Source: Malacoraja senta (Eukaryota). Taken from it: a stretch of DNA of 64,000 bases. Of this stretch, positions 12,001-24,000 are shown one piece after another (the stretch's first letter is position 1; every line of letters starts with the position of its first letter). The stretch spans positions 62,001-126,000 of the forward strand of contig JAXLNO010002508.1 of assembly GCA_038087875.1 (NCBI GenBank). Reading direction: 5' to 3'. The translations under genes were made by a program, and so were the position numbers. Below the pieces are notes generated by a model. The model was not told the DNA's origin and searched no databases. It saw nothing but the letters and a program-made list of their open reading frames with translations.

Positions 12001-15000
12001 ACGCTGCCCGACCCATTGAGTTACCCCAACACTTTGTGTGTGCTTTTGTAGATCAGCATCTGCAGTTCCTTGTTTCTATATTCCAAGATAGAAGCCAAGT
12101 TCACCAACTGCAAACAAATCCATTCTAAAACTCCAAGATGAGGACAACTGATGGAGGCAACAAGACTAACTGGATCTCATTTGAACAGCTGAGGCTTAAT
12201 AGAAAACCTCCACCCACTTAGAACAGTGAATATCTGGCATGATTGCTCAAAAAGTGAAAGATATAGCACTGTGGTGGAATGTTAATATTAACGACCAAAT
12301 ACTCATTTTGCAGAGCACTTTTGAAGATTACTCGCATACAACCAGAATCCAATGCTGCTTTAATGTGCAGCACTGTTAAGTGATATTTGGGCATCAAACC
12401 TATGCCACTCCATTATGTAACAGCCTCCGGATATCGTGCTTGGTGGCTGAGCCAAACCAGACCATGATGGAGAAGGTGAGGACAGACTCTATGATGGCAG
12501 TATAGAATTGGACCATCATTGCCTGTGGCAGGTACACAAAAATGCTGGAAAAGCTCAGCGGGTGCAGCAACATCTGTGGAGCGAAGGAACACAAAAATGC
12601 TGGAGAAACTCAGCGGGTGCAGCAGCATCTATGGAGCGAAGGAACAAAAATGCTGGATAAACTCAGCGGGTGCAGCATCATCTATGGAGCGAAGGAACAC
12701 AAAAATGCTGGATAAACTCAGCGGGTGCAGCTGTCTGTGGCAGATTGTGTTTCCTCAGCTGCCACAGGAAGTACATCCTCTGTTGGGCCTTTTTGAGTCG
12801 ATGGTGGCCTCCCATTTAAGGTCCTTGGAGAGGGTTGTGTCGTCCGTAAACTTGACAAGCTTGACAGAAGAGTCTGTGGAGGTGCAGTCGTTGGTGTAGA
12901 GAGAGTAAAGGAGAGGGGAGAGTATGCAGCCTTGCGGTGCTCCTATGCTGAGGGTCTGCGGGTCCGAGATGTGCTTTCCCAGTCTCACGTGCTGCTTCCG
13001 GTCTGTCAGGAAGTTGATGATCCACTGACAGAAGGGTTCAGGCATAGTCAATTGGAAGAATTTGGAGTGTAGTAGCTCTGGCACAATGGTGTTGAATGCA
13101 GAGCTAAAATCAACAAACAAAATCCTTGCATAGGTCCCCTGGCGGTCTAGGTGCTAGAGGATGAAGTGCAGGCCTAGGTTGACTGCGTCTATTGGCCCAG
13201 TATGCAAATTGCAGAGGGTCCAGCAGGGGATTTGTAATATTTTTTAGCTGGGCCAGCATAAGTCTTTCAATGATCTTCATGACTACAGAGATCAGTGTGA
13301 CAGGCCTGTGGTCATTGAGCAGTATTCCTTGCCTTTTTGGGTACAGGCATAATAGTGAAGAATTTGAAGCAGGCATGGACAGTACAGGTTTGCAGGGACT
13401 GGTTGAAAATGTCTGTGTAGACCGGTGCCAGTTTTTGGGCACAGAACTTGAGGGTAGAGGGGGAAACATTGTCTGGTCCTGGAGATTTCTGGCTTTTCTG
13501 TCTTCTGAATAGCCTCTCCACTTCCTCAATTTCTAGTGTTGGTGATGGAGAAGTAGCCAGACTGATGTTGGGCAGCAAACAGAGAGTGGGTAGTGGACGA
13601 GGGCCCAGTCTTTGCAGACTGGAGTCAGGCTGTGAGTAGGTGTGGAGTGGTGATTGGGGAGGGGGGGGGAGGGGATATTTATCAAACCTGCAGTAGAACT
13701 CGTTCAGGTCGTTGGTCCGCTGACCATTGTCTAAGGAGAAGGAAGAATTCCTCTTGTAGCTGGTGATGGAAGTTGGAAGTGCTTTCACGAAGAGCAGCAT
13801 AGTTGAAGAGCAGATACATAAAAGGTCTGGTTTGGCTCAGCCACCAAGCACGACATCCGGAGGCTACAGCGAATCGTCTGATCAGCTGAGAAGGTTGTTG
13901 GCTGCAACCTGGTAAGATCATCTCTGACCCCTCTCACCCTAGCCACAAACTCTTTGAATCACTTCCCTCTGGAAGGTGACTCCGGACTGTCAAAGACATC
14001 ACAGCCAGACATAAAAACAGCCTTTTTCCACGAGTAGTAGGTCTACTCAATAACCAAAAGTCTGTAGCCTCATTTTGCATTATTTTATTTCATTCACATG
14101 TTTAAACTGTAATGTTTTATTATTAATGTTTAATGCTTTATGTGTCTTTCTTAATTGTTACTGTATGTCGTGTTGTTACTTGCGAGTGGAGCACCAAGGC
14201 AAATTCCTTGTATGTGTACATACTTGGCCAATAAACCTATTCATTCAGTTGGCCTACCAGTTGCATTTATCACTGTAAACTTGCAAAAGCATCGAATATA
14301 GAACATCAAAGGGCTTTTTGGAAATCAAAGTACCCATTTTTCAGTAAAAAAATGCTTTCCTCACTGACCACTTTACTTTCGCAAAGTTGTCACGAAGGCA
14401 GGTCGGTCATGTTCCTCCATAGTTTCTCATTGTGATTAACTGAAAGCATTGAAACTTGCATATGGAAAATATATTCAACTTCTGTTCAGTTCGTCCACTC
14501 AAAATATCAGTGAATTATAATTGAATAGAATCAAACATAACTTTGAATTCAAATCAATCTTTTCTACTTGTATGCACAGTGTTAGGTTCAAGCAGACATT
14601 CAGGAAAGGATTAGGAATCAGAAACGAGGGCAGGGATTTCCTGGCAGGAACTACACATGCTGGCTTTAGTTTTATTAATCTGTAAATCCCTAATAGATTC
14701 TGGCAATCTACCATGGTGCTGCCCAACTGTTGTATTGACATCCATTTGTAAATTGCCAGAGAATGTATTTACCTAGAATTTTGCATTATATACCCAAACA
14801 ATATTGATAAATGCAAAAACACAGAAAGAAAGTGTATTTATAAAACTGAGATGCAGTGGTAATATAGAAATTGCAATTCAATTCGATTATATTAATATCA
14901 GAAATCGCAATTCAATTCTTTTGATATTTTACACGTGGGAGCCTGTTATTATTGGTCCCTTCTTTTAAGGCCCCCTATGAAGGATATCAGGAGGAAACAA

Positions 15001-18000
15001 GTGGTTCTACAGTAAAATAAAGCACTACATATGTATGAGATAATGGGCGACTGCACCAGAGTTAGATGAATGGTGGGTTGAGTGCTAGACCTCTGGTCCC
15101 TTAGTGGGATTGGCTGCCACGAATGTGTTGAGGGTGAAGAACCAGATTACTACTATTCAGTCTGGCCTCTGTTGTTTAACACTGTCATTTAATTTTTTGA
15201 GGTGGCATTTTAGGGTCCTCTGACACCTCTTCCGACCTCATCTACTGTTTCAGGTATATATTTTCAGGATTTTGTTTGTTAGCTCTGCATTCATCGGCAT
15301 TGTGCCAGAGCTACTACACTCCAAACTTTCCGAGTTAACTGTGCCTGAACCCCCCTGTCGGTGGATCACCAGCTTCCTGACAGACAGGAAGCAGCACGTG
15401 AGGCTGGGAAAGCACATCTGGAAGGCGACTCCAGACTGTCAAAGCTGCCACAGCCAGACATAAAAACAGCTTTTTTCCATGAATAGTAGCTCTACTCAAT
15501 AACCAGCGGTATGAATATTGACCCCCGACTTCAAGTAACTCTTGCATTCCCTCTCTCACCATCCGTCCTCATCACCATGACTGTCCCCCTGATTAAATTT
15601 AACAGTGTCTCGTTGTCCCCTCAGCCAACAATGATCTATTCTACGTTTTCCTTCAACTTCACCCTCTTTGATCTCTCTTTTTCACACCTTACCCTTCCAT
15701 ATCTCTATGTCTCACTCCCCCGACTCAGTCTGAAGAAGGGTCTCGACCTGAAACAGCACCCATTCCTTCTATCCAGAGATGCTGGTTACACCAGCATTTT
15801 GTGTCTATCCTCTGACATGATTTGCTGCTCCTCAAGGCCCATGAAGAATACTTTGCAGGAGATTGTGTTTGGTGAGGTGCTGCCTTATTTCACGGAGTAG
15901 TGAACTGGGCACTCGGCATCTGGCCCTGGGAGGGAAATCAACTTCAATGTAGGCATTGTTAATATCAGAAAAGTTTGGGGGAGAGAAAATAGCTCAGCTC
16001 TCTCATCTTTTCTGTTACACTGCCTGAGACTAATCCATAACCATAACATTGGATACATTCAATAATTGATAAAGGATTAAAAAATGCAGCCTTTACTAAA
16101 TATATTCAGATATAGAGAAGTGATTGTCATTACCCATCTTCCATTCCTGGCTGTAAGTAGAGATGTGCATGTACTGGTCGGAGTCGCTGAATCACGTGAA
16201 TGCATAGACGCTGGAACATCTGCAGAGCCCAAAGTAAGGTTTGAAGGGAAAGGTTTTAATAATCATATTTTATTGAGTGAAACAATTTAATTCCTGATAG
16301 TTTCTATTCAGATCAAGCTTGAACTTAATACTAATTCATAAATCAGTACAACATGAGGAAACTGTATCGTAAAAATGATCTATTAGTTAGATGTACAACA
16401 ACTGATATTAAACACTTCATACCTGTCTCACAATCTGATTTGGGCACTTGATAAGAATTTGCATTGGCCACCAATCATCATCAGCCATTCGATCCAAAAA
16501 CCACTACACAGATAAAATATCAAGATATAATTTTGAAATTACACAAAAATAAAGTTTCCATTACTTTTGAATGTTTCATTTAAACAATTCGCAATATCCC
16601 ATTAACAATGAAACGGACATAACCACACAACCAAATAACCAGTAAAGTTGCACAGTATCGGTGGATTATTTAATTCAAATATTCAAAACAAATTATATTT
16701 AGTACTTATCAAGAGAGGTGCTATTTAAGGTATAAATTATTCTGTCACTATTGGTAGATTACTCTTCAGCAGATTTATGCATTGGAATATTAACACAGAA
16801 AAAACGATTGCAATAAGGTCAAAGCTATATCCAAATAAGGCATTTTCAATTCCTAAATAAAACTACAATTTGGAGGCAACATTAACGATTTAAAGAAATG
16901 AGAAAGTGAAGTTGAAATGAGAAATTCACTTTTCTGAATCAGGTAATAAGTTTTCTGACGAAGGTCAGAACAAACGTGACAATAACATTTGAAGATACAG
17001 TGCATTCAGAAAGTATTCAGACCCCTTCACTTTTTCCACATTTTGTTACGTTACAGCCTTATTCTAAAATGAATTAAATTCTTCTTTTTTTTTAATCATT
17101 AATCTACACACAATGCCCCATAATAAAAAAGCAAAAGCAGGTGTTTAAAATTTTTTGCCAAGTAATTAAATGTAAATAACTGAAATATCACATTTACATA
17201 CGTATTCAGACCCTTTACTCAGTACTTTGTTGAGCCACCTTTGGCAGCGATTACAGCCTCAAGTCTTCTTGGGTATGACGCTACAAGCTTGGCACACCTG
17301 TATTTGGGTAATTTCTCCCATTCTTCTCTGCAGATCCTCTCAAGCTCTGTCAGGTTGGATGGGGAGCATCGTTGCACAGCAATGTTCAGGTCCCTCCAGA
17401 GATATTTGATCGGGTTCAAGTCCAGGCTCTGGCTAGGCCACTTCAGGACATTCAGACTTGTCAGAAAGCCACTCCTGCGTTGTCTTGGCTGTGTGCTTAG
17501 GGTCGTTGACCTGTTGGAAGGTGAACCCGTGCCCCATTCTGAGGTCCTGAACGCTCTGGAGCAGGTTTTCATCAAGGATCTCTTTGTACTTTGCTCTGTT
17601 CATCTTTCCCTCGATTCTGACGAGTCTCCCAGTTCCTGCCGCTGAAAAACATCCCCACAGCATGATGCTGCCGCCACCATGCTTCACTGTAGGTATGGAT
17701 TTGGCCAGGTGATGAGCAGACGTGACACTTGGCATTCGGGTCAAAGAGTTCAATCTTGGTTTCATCAGACCAGAGAATCTTGTTTAGGTGCCTTTTGGCA
17801 AACTCCAAGCGGGCAATCATGTGCCTTTTACTGAGGAGTGGCTTCCGTCTGGCCACTCTACCATAAAGGCCTGATTGGTGGAGTGCTGCAGATATAGTTG
17901 TCCTTCAGGAAGGTTCTCCCATCTCCACAGAGGAACTCTGGAGCTCTGTCAGAGTGACCATCGGGTTCTTGGTCACCTCCCTGACCAAGGCCCTTCTCCC

Positions 18001-21000
18001 CCGATTGCTCAGTTTGGCCGGGCGGCCAGCTCTGTGAAGAGTCCTTCCTGGTGGTTTCAAAGTTCTTCAATTTAAGAATGTTGGAGGCCACTGTGCTCTT
18101 CAGGACATGTAATGCTGCAGAAATTGTTTTATACCCTTCCCCAGATCTGTGTCTCGACACAATCCTGTCTCGGAGGTCTACGGACAATTCCTTTGTCTTC
18201 ATGGTTTGGTTTTTGCTCTGACATGCACTGTCAACTGCGGGACCTTATATAGACAGGTGTGTGCCTTTCCAAATCATGTACAATCAATTTAATTTACCAC
18301 TTATGGACTCCAATCAAGTTGGAGAAACATCTCAAGGATAATCAATGGAAACAGAATGCACCGAAGCTCAATTTTGAGTGTCATAGCAAAGGGTCTGAAT
18401 ACTAATGTAAATGTGATATTTCAGTTATTTATTTTTAATTACTTTGCAAACATTTCTAAACACCTGTTTTCGCTTCTTCATTCTGGGGTATTGTGTGTAG
18501 ATTAATGATTAAAAAAAAGAACTTAATCCATTTTAGAATAAGGCTGTAACGTAAGAAAATGTGGAAAAAGTGAAGGGGTCTGAATAATTTCTGAATGCAA
18601 TGTATAATAATAATAATAATCATTTTATTTACTGGCGCCTTTCTAAAACCCAAGGACACCTTACAAGGCATAGAATAACAAAAATACAAAACACATTATC
18701 GGAATAAATTAAATATATAAACACCACAGTACACAAATCAAGGACAGAATTCAATTTCAAAAGCACAAAAAGAAAATAAGAAACACAATTTGAGGAGAGA
18801 GCAGCGGCGACCAATTCGCGCCAGCGTCCACTCTCCCCTCCGACCGCCATCTTGCACACAGACTAACAGGCACAGCACACAGAAATCGTCCCCCCACAAT
18901 GACCACCACTGTGGGGGAAGGCACAATGTCCAGTCCCCAATGTATGTCTCTCACAGCACCATTTCCATACTAGTTCTCTGCCTATGACTGTTAACGAGCC
19001 ACTTTCTTCCCATTACCATGTTTCATAACAAAAATGGAAAATACTGGAAAACTGAAGCTGATCAAGTAGCATCAATGTAGAGATAAATGGAGTTGACATC
19101 ACAGCTCAAAGATCCTTCATCAGAACCAGACAAATAGGAAAACAAGCATGTAAGGTTGCAGAGACTGGGAGAGTTCAAGAGAATAGAAGGACAGTTTGTG
19201 AAAGGATGCAAACTTTCTGTCCACAAAAAGCTTAATTATGGATGCTAGGTCTCTTCCTGCAAAATATTTTTCACATAATCTGAATTTTAACAAATAGGCA
19301 TCACTTAACTGTAATAAAATTCTTGAAATGTCAATTTTACGCAACATGTTTGACAATAAATAAATTAATATTGTACTTGATTGTCTCTCATAAATTGAGT
19401 TAACGTGACTATTTTAAGTTACCCAATGAGCATTATCATCTTAACTGTGGCAATTTAAGCAAAGCCATTTTTTTTTTAGCACTAGTAGTGCCACGATACT
19501 GTTTAAAACATTAAGCCATACAGTACCAATTGGAAGAAAGTTGTTGAGGAATCTGATAGGTTTCTCACCTCACAGGCTGCCTGGCTGTTGTTAAACTGTT
19601 TTGTCAAAAGTTCAATCCATTGCAACATAGTGGGCTATTAAATAAACAAATATGTTAAACTTGAATATGCATAAATCAACAAGCTGGCCACTAAATAAAG
19701 AAAGAGTTACGCAGTCAATGTATACATTTCCCCTTCACTGCAAAAATGCTTTGGTCAATCAATCCCCAAACAGCCATGTTAAGGGTATCGATTTGATGCA
19801 GGATATTGAGAATTCACAGAATCCACATAGAAAAATATTCTTTCCTCTCATCATGCATCAATAATTCACATCTTTAGGTGATACCTTCCCACTTTATACA
19901 TGATCAGCAACTAGATTTCAGTAAATACGTCAAATGCCTGCACTACACTATTCTGTTGATTCCAGTAAATTGCAATGCAATGTGATCCCACAGAGAGGTG
20001 GACCCAAATGTGCACCTGGACTTCACAAAGTTTTAGCAAACATCCCAAAGACATGGATATCTAACAGCAATGCCCAAGAAAGATAGTTAACTTTCTTCAT
20101 GTGTTCACTAATACTGGTCTTCTACCTAATATAAACATATTGGGAACATAGATGTTGACCTTGGCTCTGAACAATATTTTTTTTCAGGCTAATGGAGAAC
20201 TGGAGCTATATTTTTAAATGTAGAGCAATCTCACTAAATTTGATAAAGAAATATATTATTCCATAAATACTGTATTAAAACTGAAATGAATTTCAGTAAA
20301 TATCTGCCCGTGTTTATGTACTATACTATGTGTGTGTGTTTTATACTGATATATTAAAAAATGTGCACTTACCTTTTCTTTGGAGTGGATAAAAGTTTCC
20401 AGGACGAAAGAGGTACTTAGCTATGATAAAAAATAAATACATTTTAACAATGTAGAAACAAGGAACTGCAGATGCTTACAAAAATAAACAAAGTGCTGGA
20501 GCAACTCAGCAGATCAGGGAGCATTTCCAAAGAACATAGATAGGTGATGTTTCCCTTCTTCAGACTATGTATGAGAATACAAAAATAGAGTCTAAAATAT
20601 TTTTTAAATGTCCTGAAACTGCTGATGAGAACAGTGTAGTTGCTGTATGAAACAATGATCTTTACTCTGGCCTAATGCAAACTCTCTTGACACTTCTTCG
20701 TACCTCTATTAAGACAGTAACCACATCACTGTCGACCCAGCCACCGTTTCCCATTGACCTTAGCACCGTGAGCGATTTTCCACGGTGCTTGATGTATATC
20801 AATGCCCATGAATGGTTCAGAGCACCCACGCACACCGAGTCTCTAAATCACACTGAGTCTCTAAATCACACTGCTTCTCCTTCTTGCTGAGGATCCACAA
20901 GCAGGACTGTCCAGGCAGATTCATCATTTCAATGGCAACCCTCAGACACTATCTCAACACTCGACTCAATTGCTTCACTTCTTAGCTGGTCCCCTTTCCC

Positions 21001-24000
21001 TTACACCCATGACACTTTCATGCAAATACCCAACATAACAAGGTCTCACCTTCGCAGTCATAAGGGATACAGCCTTTGGATCAGGTAACGTGCTTGGGAT
21101 GCTGCTGCACAACTGCCACATGAATCTGAAATTGTAGAATTTTTTGAAAGCAAATTGCATTATCCTGCCAACATGATTCTGTAATGGTCTAGACGTGATA
21201 TAATGTTGTAAAACACTCACCCAAAGTAAGTATGCTCAAAGATATTCTTGTCCTGTAGAAACTGCATGTTGTCATGCCAGATCCACTAAATTAAAAAAGA
21301 TATGATCACCAAAAACAATCTTAGAAGATGGGCTCTTGAAGTTTTATTTTGCATAAAAATTGAGATTTTGAGGTTTGCTTTGCCCTATTCATAAATGTTT
21401 TCTCTTTTTTATAAATGTCTTCGGTTGCATATCCCTTCTTTAATCACACTAGATTGTGAAACCTCTCTCCTCTCTTCAGCCTGCCTTTTCATGTGGGCCT
21501 TTCCCTCTGTACTCTTACCTTCTCTAGATCCATTCTTCACAAACTGCTGCCATATTTCCATTCACCGTGCTCACCCTAAGCTGCAGCCAAACCACCTGAA
21601 TCTACAGTGCTCCACTCACTATATCGAACCCCAAGATTATCAAACTTGATAATGTGAAGTTGCGGTATGGCACAGTGACTTTTATCCTGGCTTGAATGCA
21701 AGCCCTCTGACACTTCTTCATACTTCTATTACGACAACAACCACATCACTTAATAACTAGCCACCATTTCTCAGACATTCACTGATCTTAGCTTGAGCGA
21801 TCTTCCTTATCCCTTCCCATCCTCCGTCTCCACATCACTTAGAGCCAACTTCTACTTTCTGCTGAGGATCCACAAGCAGGACTGTACTGGTAGAGTCTAT
21901 GTTTCAATGATGATCTTCAGAAGTAAATTCTTCAAAACATGACTCAATTGGTTCACCTCTCATCCAGCCCCTTTGTCCTTACATCTGATGCCCTCAATCA
22001 CTATTGATAGCTTTTAGCTTCTTGGTCTCAAACAAGAAGGAAGTCCAGTCGTACATCCAATCCCTCTAACACCTCACACCAGGACAACCCTGCAAATCTT
22101 TCCTGAACAAGACCCAAGCAGTGCCCTTCCCTCAATCCCCATATTGCCCATCTCCTTTACCACACTTCTATGCTCGGCTACACGGATTCTTGCATTGAAC
22201 ACCTTATCCTTTGACCATATTCATGCCCTCTAAATTAGCTGTAGTTACCAGAACCTGCAAGGGTCCAAGTTATTTCTTTCTCTTTGGGAACTGGTGGAAT
22301 GGCCATTGTTTCTGTCCTACTCAGAGCTTCCTCCCTCGTCCCTTTTACCATTGAGTCATACAGAGTGGAAACAGACCACAGTATTTCCACAATGGATGTC
22401 AACCATGGCTATCCCTCCATTATGGTTGACAAGGCTCTTAAACCTTGTCAGTTCCAATATATACTCAGACTTACAGTAAATAGACAGTCTTTTTTCCAAG
22501 GTGGAAATGTTAAAAACTAGAGGCCATAGGTTCAAGGTGAGAGGGAAATAAATTCAAGGAGATATGCAAGGCAAATTTTTGTTTTACACATAAAACGGTA
22601 GGTGCCTGCAACGTGCTGGGCCAAGTAGAAGCAGATATGACAGCAGCTTTTAAAGACATTTAGACGGACACCTGAACAGAGAGGGAAAAGAAGGATATTG
22701 ACCATATGCAATAAGACATCATGGACACTGCATACATGGTTGGCCAAAGGGCCTGTTTCTGACCTGAACTTTTCTGTATTTTATGTTTACCTCTGCATAT
22801 ATCTCCAACCAATTTGAGAATGATGAAATATAGTTTATTTTTCCTTGAACATCGTTATTGTTTTTTAATATGTGGGGACTCAATAGGTTACAAAAAGATT
22901 ACATTACCTCCAAAAGTTCTGGTGAAACATCAAAGCTGTATTCCTTCCCATTTTCTTCTTCTGTCTCCACACGTTTGTAGAACAGCATATATGCACTGTG
23001 TGTCTAAGACCAAGATATTGTTTCAGCAGCTAATACCTTCAGATATTTCTTCTCTAACTGATGGATTAAATGGCGATATATTGGGCATGGTGTGTAAATG
23101 TCAAGGAAATTACTTGAATGAACTACCTAATTATCCAAGAAAAGGTTTCAGATGAACACGTGATGTGGGATATAAAAAATTCCTGAATGGCACATGAACT
23201 TGTCATCAACACACCATTAATGATTTAAAATATCTTCCGAGATATCTTCACACACCCTATTGCTTGCACTAAACAATTTCTACTGAGAAAAATAAGGATT
23301 TACCTTTTGCAGATTTCTTACCCTTCCAAGTTGAGAATGGAGACATTATGAACACGGGTATGTGAACAAGAGGTGTGCATGCATGTGATCAGCAGATCTC
23401 ATATCATCACTGCTGTGGCTTTGGGAGGAACGTCACCAAAATTAGATCTGTAGATTGTGATTTTTGTGTGTTGTGAGTGGCCTTTAACCACTGCCCTTGT
23501 TTTGAATTTCGCCCAAACTTATCTTTTCCAGATTTAGGAGGCTGGGAGTGGGAAAAGGCCACTGAGTCAAGTGGTAGCAGAGTCTCAAACACCACAATCA
23601 GTTGAGGCATGAGGGCTGAAACTACGCCCACCCAGCAAAAACACAGAAATACTTTACAAAACTGCAGTGCCCCATCCCAACATTGATGCACAGGAAAAGC
23701 ATCCCATTGTTCAAACGTTGCTGCAAGTTCAACTTCCAGAAACTTTCTTTTAAAAAGTACTAAAGGATTAGATTTTTAGAAAATAAAATAAAAGGCAGTC
23801 CCCAGGTTATGCAAAGGTTCTGTCCTTGAGAACTGCCTGTAAGTTGGTGTCTCCATATGTCAGAAACGTCCGTTGCAAGAACAGCCCATCACCTGCAAAA
23901 GTGGGGGATGACAGACAGCTCTGCTTGCGACTGTGGACATCCAGACCAGACCATCGCACACATCGTGAATGACTGCTCACTGAGGCTTTTCCCTGGTGGC

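Noticed and set aside
12532-12731. Regular repeats that superficially resemble a CRISPR array
   Set aside because: Head-to-tail units with no unique spacers, eukaryotic context, no cas genes.
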